In this document: positions 1 to 9,951 of the stretch, piece by piece
Layout of the letters: the number at the start of each line of letters is the position of its first letter
Numbering within the stretch: position 1 is the first letter of the stretch
DNA from: Chara braunii
Taxonomy: Eukaryota; Plantae; Charophyceae
Length of the DNA stretch: 55,649 nucleotides
Reading direction: 5' to 3'
Assembly: GCA_003427395.1 (NCBI GenBank)
Contig: BFEA01000019.1
Span: forward strand, 4,604,208 to 4,659,856
Notes under the pieces: generated by a model
Databases searched by the model: none
Told to the model about the DNA's origin: nothing
Seen by the model: only the letters and a program-made list of their open reading frames with translations
Made by a program: the position numbers and the translations under genes

Positions 1-85
1 CAAAACAATATTCAAACAACATTCAAGACAACATTCAAAACAACATTCAAAGAACATTCAAACAACGTCCAAACGACATCCAAGG
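1..85. repeat. Short tandem repeat, ~12-13 bp unit (ACAACATTCAA-like)
   Basis: About 6 degenerate copies of (a)caacattcaa visible at the window start. Confidence 0.7.
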
Positions 86-297
86 ACTGTTAGACTAGCG
101 ACAATCGTCGTCTATTTAGTGGGAAAAATTAATTCGCCCTGCAGCGGACACTCGTCAGTCAAACCCAGTCTCCTTCCTTCTATCAGGAAGTAACTATTTA
201 CCTAAGCACATGAGAGAGATCAACCCCATCTCAGTCGAGCCACCTGTCCTCGAAAGTCTCAATTGGGTAGCCTTGAAGGAAAGTTTTCCTTACAGTT

Positions 298-789
298 ATG
301 TCAAAAATTGACGGATTCAAGCGCGAAGATCTGTCAATCTTCGTCGCTCTCACAAAATTTGCAGAAGGTGCAGTCAACGACCTGCGGATATACTTGAAGA
401 AAGGGAATGAGACGCATCCACACTTTGACACAGTTTGGGTGGCAGCAGCTAGGTTCGTGCAATGGAAAGCTGAGAGACTCCAATGGGACTCGAAGCTGGT
501 CTACAGCTTTGGCCTCAAGCTTTTCACGGACTATCCCAAGCCCCCACTTCCTTACTATCTTATTGACGGCTCTTGTTGGGGTGACTTGGTGGATCTAGCC
601 AAAAGGTACATCTCCCCTGCAGCGATTGATTATGAGGCAGTGACTGAACCATCCAAGTTTGAGCATCTCAGACGAGAGATCTTCTCACGGTCGTACCTTC
701 CTACTTTATGGGAGAATTTTTGTGTTATGGTTGATTTTCGTGTCAAGGGGCTTGGCTGGAAATGCTCGGAACTTGCAGGGTTCAGATGA
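298..789 (+). CDS. Hypothetical 163-aa ORF, possibly a terminal exon or TE-associated ORF
   Basis: Uninterrupted ORF with globular, aromatic-rich composition, preceded by acceptor-like ttttccttacag (ends 295); no recognised domain. Confidence 0.35.
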   Translation: MSKIDGFKREDLSIFVALTKFAEGAVNDLRIYLKKGNETHPHFDTVWVAAARFVQWKAERLQWDSKLVYSFGLKLFTDYPKPPLPYYLIDGSCWGDLVDLAKRYISPAAIDYEAVTEPSKFEHLRREIFSRSYLPTLWENFCVMVDFRVKGLGWKCSELAGFR

Positions 790-1360
790 CTCTACATCCA
801 GAGACCACATCCTCAGAGAGTACAGAGACATGGCATGAAGCACAAGAGACATACAACAAAATGAGAGATTGAGAGTGTGACCCAAAGGGATGAGTGAGGA
901 CGCAAGACTAGTGTTAGCCATGCTCTCTTCCTTGTGTATTTTCTGATACTATTATGAGTTCTCATTCTTCCCTCATTTAACTTTGTCTTTTCTCGAGTCA
1001 TTTAGTCTTGCTTCCTGCATTGTCATTGCTGATGATTGCATTTCTCTGATGATTCTGTCATAGTTCTCAAAATTAGTAAATAAACAAAATTGATGCATGT
1101 ATGACATATCAGAATTTTATGACTATCATCTACATGAATCTTGTTGTTCCAAATCAAAATAAAAGATTTCTAAGACCGGGGACCGTTGAAGACCGCAATT
1201 GAAGGGTCTCACTCGAAGTCGGACGCACACAACAGAAAGGGATTTTCTTTATTTAATTTACTTTATTTATTGCAAACATCATCCAAAACCCTGCGTGATA
1301 GCCTATTGGCTTTCTGGTCGCCTGAAGAGGCCCGACTAGAAAAAAATGTGACAGCGAACA

Positions 1361-1397
1361 TGTGTGTGTGTGTATGTGTGTGCGCGCGCACGCGCGC

Positions 1398-1428
<31 letters not shown>

Positions 1429-1435
1429 CACGCGC

Positions 1436-1499
<64 letters not shown>

Positions 1500-1508
1500 C
1501 TGTGTGTT
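1361..1508. repeat. (TG)n microsatellite with (CG)-rich interruptions
   Basis: Directly visible. Confidence 0.95.
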
Positions 1509-1865
1509 TTTGGGGGGGTGCGGGGGGGGGGGGGGGCCGCGACCCCCCCCCACCAATCAATTAATTAAAAAAAAAAAAAAAAAAAAAAAACCTAGGTTTT
1601 TTTTTTTTCAACCTTCTTCAACCAAACCCCCCCCCCCCTCCCCCCCTCCCGAATTTTTTTTTTTTTTAATTTTTTTTCTTTGTGAGGGGGTGGGGAGGGG
1701 TTTGCGCAACCCCAATCCACTTCTGAAAACCCCGCCCCTCCCCCCTACTGGCCACCACGCGGTCGCGGCCTCGGCCGCAGCCATGGCCGCCTACGACCTC
1801 CTCCGTGGGAGATTCATAGCCATCAAGAGTGTGATGGGCCGGTTATTTCGGATATTCATTCTGTC

Positions 1866-4800
1866 TCATTTTTTTTTAAATAACGATAACACCCCTTGCC
1901 CCACCAATTCCCCCAAATCCCCACAGTCCCAAACCGCCTTATAAATTTGCATTAGGTCGCCACTCAGGAGGGGCCATATGACCTTCCAAAACTCCTTGTG
2001 GAAGCCATCTAAGCTTGGGGTTTTCTCTTCCTCCATTTGCGTGAGTGCCATCTAGATTTCCTCTTTGGTGACCTGGCGGTTTGAGCGGTCTTTCTGTGTC
2101 GAGGAGAGACGGCTTTCCATTGGGTGCACCAACTCTCTTAGTCGATCGTCCACTTGCCGTTGGGGGGTGTGGGAGGAAAAAAAGTCTTTGTAAAAGGATA
2201 TAGCAATCCTTACACAATGAGTTGTGGTAGTGGCCAATTTGTCGATCACGGGGCCTAGGAAGGCCTCGATAGTAGTACTGTGGGCTCTTAGTGAAGTCAG
2301 ACAGAAGAAATGAGAGTCCATGATGCCTTCGGTAACCCATTTTGCTAATTTGCCTTGAATCCTAATGCCTTGTCATCTGTGTTGTGCGAGTTGTAGGAAT
2401 TGGTCCTTCGATCTTTGAATATTATCCGGGATGTGATCGCTAGAGTTGTCTTGGTTAACCAGGTTGTGAAGTCGTCTATGAATGTCTATTTCATGCGCAT
2501 GACGTCTGTCTGCCAGCAGTTTCGAATAGTCCTTATATTTTTTGGCTAGGAAGAATATTCCTTTAGTGCACCATCGCACCTCGGAGTCAAAAGTGTGTCT
2601 TTCGTTCCGCCAAAATTCCCATACATCGTGAATGTATGTGTGGAAAGTTTTGTCCTTGAGTAAGGATGTATTGAACTTGTAATATCCAGACCCCTGATCT
2701 GACCGCTTGCGAAAGGAGAAGATAGTTTCACGTCAGCAATGGTCCATGCCGGAGTGGGGCCTCTGTGGAAAGGTAGTAGAAAGTTGTAGAGCATTTTGAA
2801 TCTCCTGAGAAAGTAGGATCAAATTTATACACGATTTCGAGTGTCTTGCCTGGTCATTGGTGTGAAGACATGTATAGGTGTTCTCTGTCGGATGGAGGTA
2901 TCTATACACATCTACCACGCCCAGGGCTCCACAAAGGTTAGCCATTGCTCTTTCGTCCTCTTCCACATAACTTGGACAAGGGTTCCGGGGCCCCAACCTG
3001 TCCATCCATTTGTCGACGTAGCTTTGAAGTCACCGACGATAACCAGTGGGACTCCTTGTGGTGCGAGATTCTGAAGGTGGGTGAAAAAGTGTGCCCTTTC
3101 CGTTGCTGTGTTAGGGGCATATATGCAAAAAAATACAGATTAACTCCAGCTCCAACATCCCAAGGATCGACACCCACCTCCCCTGTTCTTCATCCGCCAC
3201 CCAATTTACCATCTCTAACCAAGACCCCTGTGAGACCCAAATTGCCACCCCTGCCGACCCTGTTGTCACCGCGTGCACCTTGTAGACCTGGTGTGGCCAA
3301 CCTGTTTTATGGGCCCGGTGGTGTTCAGGTTTATCCATGAGGTGGGTTTCCTGAACGCAGATGACATCAGGCCACGTCCATTCCTCCCACTCCCCTCGGC
3401 TGATCCCAAATAGCCTGTCTTTTCGAGGAGTTGAAGGAGGTCAATCCATTTCCATTAAGAGTCCTTAGATCTAGGACTGCATTTCGGAGACAACTCTTCC
3501 ACTACGGGTTCTTGCAATACAATGTGTCAATATCATCCATCGATTTAACCTTTTCCAATCGCACCCTGATTCTAGTCTCTTATGCATGGCCAGGCGGACC
3601 AGTCGATCGTGCACAGCAGCCCGTTCCAGAGAACCCTCAATAAGCAAGTGTGTAGGTCCTCCTCCGACCCGAAGGAGTTGGCTTTTACCTGATGGAGGTG
3701 GAGCTCCATCAGGGCTCCATGATTAAACCACTTCAAGTTGGAGTCTTTGTCATCCTCAAACTGGACATACAGATCTGTGGTAGCTACCCTTATTGAGCCC
3801 TCGAATTGGGGGAGAGTTGCGAGGATTCTGGCTGGGTAGTGGTGACAAAGAAAGTGTCCCTCAGGCCAGGTAGGGACCAGATGTTGTAGAAGCCCCAACC
3901 TGGCAGCGTAACCCCCCCCTTGAACTGGGGAGAGTCCGATCTCCATCCTGTCTCCCGCTTGCGTCAGTGGGATAACTGCCACCCCCTCTTTCTGCAATAG
4001 GGTTTTTTTGTATGGGTCCACTTCCACCATTTGCCTGAGTTTTTTATGGCACGGTTGACCGGGGTTGGGATCGACCTGCACCATCATTTGGTTCACCCCT
4101 GGTCCTTCCGGGGATGGCTGTTGTTGCGCTTGGGGGTGGAACTGCAGGGCTGTGAGATGGCGGATCTGTTGGAAAATCTCCGGCTAGGTTATATGCGGGG
4201 GGGGGCGCCTTTTAGGGCCTTTCGAAGGGTCGGGCTCTTGTCTAACATGGCAAACAATTGAGCATAGGTACAGTCCCAAAAGTCCTGGGAGACACCCGGA
4301 TGTTGGGCTTGAAAGCCGTCTACCAGCCAATCAGCAATTATTTCGAGTTTCTGTTAAGTGTCCATGTCGGCTGGAGGTGCTCCCGTATCCTCTTGATGGT
4401 CAATGCCCATCGTTGCCACATGGGGGAGGAGGGGGGCTGAGGGTTCCTCAATCTCCATAGGTTGCAGGCTGAAAGCCCCCTCGAGGTGGTCCACCGTATC
4501 GACTTTTCTCTGGGCCTTGTGCTTTTTTCCCTCTGAGATGGGTACCTGTTGTTCCTTGTTCCCCCTAGTTTCCTTCCCTTTCCTTTCCCGATTCTCAGCG
4601 TTGTCTTTCCCCCCGGGCAGCTCCGCAGACGTGGCGGGCTGATTCTGCTGGCCGTCCTCGCTCGGTTGTTCGCTGGTGGGCTTAGCGGCCAGGTGGTTCC
4701 CTGTTGCCTGTTCCCCCCTTGCCGGTACCTGGAAGTGTGCCGCAGAAGTTTTGAATAATCATTGCAGTAGCTCCCCCAATTGTATGCGGTTTGGCAGACG

Positions 4801-5990
4801 TTGTTCATTTTTTTTTCTTCTTCTTAAACAACCCGAACGGTTGTTGGGGGTGCTGATAGGAGCAGACACCACCAGCACCTTCAGGGAGTCTCCATCTATT
4901 GGTGGGGAGCAGCACCTGCTGGAAATCGGGCCCAGCGTCCCTGTAATGTAAAATGTGATGAATGACCTTGTTCTGGAATGTCCTTCACCTGCAAACTGTT
5001 CTCCAGGCCTCCCCTTACCTGTGTATGCGCCTGGGTCCAAATTCCGTTGGGGCCTCTGCATGCAAAGTTTGCAGGCCTGACATGATCCAATCCGAAATTT
5101 GCAGTATTGAGGCATTTGGGCTCTATAAAAGCTCGAGGCTCGTTGGATTGCCCCTCCCTTTTACACACAACTCTAGTACGCCCCCATAGGGATCCCTCAG
5201 ACCAGTGGTTGACTGCTGGTGTTTGGAGGATTGTACATGGGTTCCTTTTCCGTTTTGTTCCCCCCGCGGGGCCTGCTGTCCCTCATGGTCCCGACCCCCC
5301 ACCATCGCCACCCCTCCTCCATCAGATCCCCCTGATTCAATGTCAATCAGGGCGAACCTGTTCCTTCCTGCACCCTGCTCCTTTCTCCCTTCTTTGGTCC
5401 AGGTCTGTGAGCCTCCCTGTTGGCCTTTTGGCGGAGTTTTTGGGCTCATCTGGCTCCCCTGATCCATCAGGCAGTCTTCTGGGGCCGGGCCTAATTTCCT
5501 CCTCTCCGGTTTGCCCTGTTCCATCCTCCCGCCCATCGTGGACCGTACGGGGGCGGGTTCGTGTGGTTGTAAATGGGATTCCACCGTCTTTGGGGGCATC
5601 CAAGTGGGTGGAGGTTTGGTGTCCAAGTTGGGATCCCCCGCCCTATCCCACACCCAGCCAATGGTTTCCCTTCTCTCGTCTGCCTTCTCAGCATAGACCC
5701 ACCCTTCATGCCCTGGCTCTACTGTACGCCAACGTGTGCTCCTAAAGGGATTTTGAATTAGACGCCCTGTTGCCCTGACTTGGTTGACGGGGTGGTGGGG
5801 GCAAGCCGAGACGGTATATAGGTGTCCATAGGCTTGACACTTGAAACACCATGGACATAGCTTGTGAGCCATGTGTATCTTGAAGTCTTTTTTCCCAACC
5901 CGGAAGGCGATTATATCATCAATGGAGAACGGCCATCCTTCAGGGAGGTCTATCGCCAACATACCAGAAACATAGTTTGGATACATTCAT
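1866..5990 (-). mobile_element. Degenerate L1/Tx1 LINE: ORF1, APE endonuclease and start of RT region; 3' part lost
   Basis: ORF1 knuckle WCFKCQAYGH (5123-5986 ORF); ORF1 C-terminal domain 3572-4096; APE start LDLRTLNGNGL near 3480, ICVQETH-like motif, GVPLVIVGDFKA, GMDH; pre-RT KTPSLDGFHKEFW...GQGVLSL at 1866-2051; many stops and frameshifts. Confidence 0.9.
4808..4943 (-). ncRNA. LINE 3'-terminal structured RNA module (type A), copy 1, with poly(A), inserted in ORF1 of another LINE
   Basis: Reverse complement reads agggacgctgggcccgatttccagcaggtgctgctccccaccaatagatggag, then a hairpin with loop tgctcctatca and an A-rich tail (T-run from 4808). Confidence 0.75.
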
Positions 5991-6659
5991 AATCAGGGTG
6001 TGTTGTGTTTGGGTGAAGGCTGTACGCTGCAGCTCAAATCATTGCTATAGCAGAAAAGAAGGGGGCAGCACAATGGTATAGCAAGGCCTGCAAACAAGCA
6101 TCAGGCACTAGGTCCAAGGTCTTAGTTTGCACACAAGCCTGGCGTTTTGGGCCCACAGTTTTGACCACTGGGTTAAGGTGCCTCCTGCCAATGTCAGGTC
6201 CTCTAGCTCAGCTTTCAGTTCATTTCAATGAGAAAAAGAAAGAAAACTGTGCACCTAGGGACCAAAGGCGACTAGCATACCGTCTTCACCTGAATAGAAC
6301 GCCTGGTCATTATCGCTGTAACTAGACTGGAAGTTGGTCCCAAATACAGCAATAATGACCATGCATTCTATTTTGCTGAAGTTAGTGGGTCACAAAGATG
6401 TCCCCCTATCCATACTTGGCAGTCAGAAAGAAATCAAGAGCTGTGAATCCCCTTCCCCTCGGAAGTTTGAATGTCAGAGTGAATGGTCTGGCCACTGACC
6501 TATATCACCTTTGTTCTCCTACGGAAGGCAAAAAAATGGGCAGCAGCCTTGAGATATATTCACTGGTGAGTGGGCCCAGGTACCTGACCTCGTATGAGCC
6601 AAAAGCTGACATTTTGCTGACATGGGAAGAATCCTTTTAGGATGGGGTCCAGGTGGAAA

Positions 6660-6808
6660 CACATACTAAATTTGTTACTAGTTGTGGCACATACTAAATT
6701 TGTTACTAGTTGTGGCGATAAGAGCATCCCCCCCCTAACAGATCAGTTAGTGACTCCATTCTATTGGTGGGGAGTGGCACCTGCTGGAAACCGGGTCCAG
6801 CGTCCCTG
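6660..6808 (-). ncRNA. Type A 3' module, copy 2, ending in a 28-bp tandem duplication
   Basis: Core at 6753-6807; loop atgctcttatc; cacatactaaatttgttactagttgtgg repeated at 6660-6687 and 6688-6715. Confidence 0.75.
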
Positions 6809-7053
6809 AGCATACAATAATGTCATACAGATCGAGAGTGGAAAGCTTCCAAACCAAGCTGTACTAGCCCCCATGAAAGAACATAGTGAAATGGACATTG
6901 GAACCGTCTTAGGGTCTGCAGCCCTGAGGGGCCCAGGCTGCACTAGCGGTAGCGACCCGACGCTAGCGGATTGGTGAGACCCGGTTCCCCCGGCTCGACT
7001 GGCGACTGGGGAGGGAAGCTCCTTGGACGCTGGGCCTGTGCGTGCGCCCAGCA

Positions 7054-7105
7054 CACGTGCGTGGCTCCTTGATTGGCCACGTGGCGTTGGCTGTTGGTGA
7101 CGTGG
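7054..7105. promoter_or_regulatory. Cluster of G-box/ABRE-like ACGT elements plus a reverse CCAAT upstream of ATG 7162
   Basis: CACGTG 7054-7059, CCACGTGG 7077-7084, TGACGTGG 7098-7105, GATTGG near 7071. Confidence 0.35.
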
Positions 7106-7161
7106 CTGTCCGAGACGCGCGGGCAGGGGTACCGCCAGCTGAGAGAGAGACGACGACAAAC

Positions 7162-7818
7162 ATGGCGGCGCAGCTTTTCGGGAATGTGATGGAGTTGGTG
7201 GGGATTGCAATATGGAGTTTCTACGTGGAAGACGGCGTCTCGTATGCTGAGGATGGTGGGCAAGTTGACGAAGACGTGGTCGGCTACTATGCTAACATTT
7301 GTGCAGGGTGTGTGGACTGGGAAGTAGATAGTGAGATGGACCGTGAAGGGGATGTAGGGGACAGGGATGAACATGAGGGGGGGCCTGGAGGATGGTGCGA
7401 GAACCTGATGGCGCTTTCTTTGCAGGGCGACACCGAGACTGCCGACGCCGTCACTCATCTGCAGCAGGGTGATGGAGACCAGGCGGATGAGTGGGAGGTG
7501 GAGCAGGGGTTCTTGGCAGAGGCGGTGGTTGTGATGGAGGAGAGGCAGGGGATCGGGGAGATTGGCGTGAAGGGTGGGAAGGTTGACGACATTAACAACA
7601 TCAGCAACGACGACGAGCAGCAAATGGCCGAAATGGGCGAGATGGGCGAGGAGGATGATGACAACAACAACGATGGGGTCGCTCATCTGCAGCAAGGTGA
7701 TGGAGACCAGGCGGATGAGTGGGAGGCGGTGCAGGGGTTCAAGATAGAGGCGGCGGATGTGGTGGAGGAAATCCTGGGAATGGGCGAGATCGGCGAGAAG
7801 GGTTGGAAGGTGGACATC

Positions 7819-7882
<64 letters not shown>

Positions 7883-7895
7883 AAAACAAAAACAA

Positions 7896-7937
<42 letters not shown>

Positions 7938-8361
7938 CGACAGCAACGATAACAACTTCGACAACGATGGCGAGCAGCCTATGGGCGAAATGGGCGGGAC
8001 AGGAGTGAAGGGTGGTGGCAATAACAATAACATCACTGATAACAACAACGATGAGGAGGAGGGATTGGGCAAAATGGGCGACGAGGGTGTGAAGGACGAC
8101 AACAACAGCAATAACAACGGCGATAACATCCACAACGATAACGAAAACAACAACAACAAAAACAACAACAACAACAGCAACAGCAACAAGAACAACAACA
8201 ACCACGACGACAGCGGCAACGACAGTCACAGGAGCAGCGGGGCAGAGAGGGCCTGCCGTGCATCCAAGCTCCTGATGAGCATCATGGGGAAGATGTCGCA
8301 ATCAGCGCAGTCGGGGGGAGTAGTAGCTCGTTGGGGTTGGCGAAGTGGGGTTTGTGGTTGA
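7162..8361 (+). CDS. Hypothetical acidic, Asn-rich low-complexity protein
   Basis: Open frame from aaacATGG; internal ~228-bp in-frame duplication (starts 7450 and 7678); (AAC)n tracts. The opposite strand is also open, so coding status is weak. Confidence 0.3.
7818..8205. repeat. (AAC)n trinucleotide microsatellite tracts
   Basis: Directly visible. Confidence 0.9.
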
Positions 8362-8690
8362 AGGTGCGACTTACTATTCCCCCCCCTCCCCCCCTCCTAT
8401 TCGGTGATTTCCTATGCTGATTCGTGTCTTCTCTCCTGGCATCGGGTAGGGATTGGATAGATGATCTCCCTGCGTTAATTAGGGTTGATCACCTCTTATC
8501 TCTCAATCCCTCAACTCTTAATCAGGAAAGGATTGCTGACAATTATGTTTTGACTTTTGACTTTGATAGTGAGTATAGGTGCGATATGACAACTATTCAC
8601 ACCATTGTATGCGGGATATATGCCTCATGGGTTCGTTTTCTGGCTTGATTGATAGCATTGGGCTTGATGTCTCATTTACTATGGTGCTGT

Positions 8691-9394
8691 GCTAAGGGGT
8701 TTTCCATTCAGGGGATATGTAGAGATCGATGAATGATTACAGACAGATTGGATGTTGTCTCACATGGATTTTGCACACATATAGACAGTCTCTGACTGTA
8801 GGACATAACTACACCACTGTATAGGGACGCTGGACCCGATTTCCAGTGCACATAATTACACATAGTTACACACCACTGAATAGGGACGCTGGACCCGATC
8901 ACCAGTGGACACACATCACATCATCGTATTACACGTCACATCATGGTTAGGGTTCCGTTTGATTGATAAGACATACATAGGGCGTTGGTGATATCAACAC
9001 ATCTCTGCATAGGGGGCTGGACTTGATTTCCAGCAGATATATTCACATCATTGTACAGGACGCAGGACCCGATTTCCAGAAGATACATTCACATCATCGT
9101 ACAGGGACGCTGGACCCGATTTCCAGCAGGTGTAGCTCCCCACCAATAGATGGAGCCTTTGAAGTCGGGACCTACTTACCGAGGATGCTCTTATCACCTC
9201 GCTAAGTAGGTTCCCATATACGAAGTTTCAAAAAACAAAACAAACTGGACCCGGTGTCCAGCAGGTGACGCTCCCCACCAATAGATTGGAGCCATCTATA
9301 AACTGGGGCTTGCTATTGGAGGATGCTCGTATCACCTCCAATAGCATGTTGCCACAAATGTTTCAAAAAAAAAGAAGAAAAAAAAAAAGGGAAA
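8691..9394 (+). mobile_element. Non-coding SINE-like composite retroposon: tandem hairpin-1 units plus two type A modules, each with an A-tail
   Basis: Partial units at ~8822, 8881, 9009, 9057; full module 9103-9244; second module 9245-9388; candidate TSD actatggtgctgt (8678-8690) / actagggtgctgt (9395-9407). Confidence 0.6.
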
Positions 9395-9919
9395 ACTAGG
9401 GTGCTGTCACGGTTTGAGTTTGACAATGCGTTTCAGTCACGATTTCACGAATGTTGTGCCAAACCGAGGAAAATCGTGAATGTGTACAGCCCAGCTTGAG
9501 GGTCGGGTGGGATGTTGTATTCGAGGGATGCCTGAAGTGGATTAAGAACTGAAATCGTGACTGCGCCTTAGTTACCCCGAAATTGTAAGACTCCAGACGA
9601 TGTGCATAACCTGAGTCCCCCTTGTAACATGAACTGCCAGCGATGGGTGACAGAACTGGGGATACAGTTGTCTGGTCCTCTCGAATAAGATCAGTAGTGA
9701 GGAGAAGTCTGGAATACTCTATATGAAGAATCAGGCAAAGAGGTTATCCTTCCGTTTGGGGAAGCAATCAATGCCTCTTGTGTTCCCTTGATAGATACTG
9801 TAATACTCCATGAAGAAGAGGGTCAACATGTCAATCCTTCCTTTGGGGGAAGTAACCAATGCCTCTTGCCGTTCTTTTTTTTTGGGGGGGGGGGCAACGG
9901 CTCCTGGGTCACACCCAGC

Positions 9920-9920
<1 letters not shown>

Positions 9921-9951
<31 letters not shown>

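Noticed and set aside
1186-1944. ORFs over the (TG)n and homopolymer tract
   Set aside because: Microsatellite translations; 1500-1900 looks like low-quality gap-fill sequence
8815-9130. CRISPR-like array of palindromic ~24-nt repeats with spacers
   Set aside because: Spacers resemble each other and vary widely in length, the repeat is hairpin 1 of the LINE 3' module, the context is eukaryotic and there are no cas genes
9103-9157. Type A module as an HDV-like or hammerhead ribozyme, or a tRNA gene
   Set aside because: I could not fit the HDV nested double pseudoknot, there is no CUGAnGA/GAAA core and no cloverleaf or A/B boxes; a novel catalytic fold cannot be excluded without an assay
9900-9950. 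Sequence-specific target (snRNA, tRNA, microsatellite) as in some Tx1 families
   Set aside because: Sequences flanking the poly(A) tails of the different insertions share no common motif by eye
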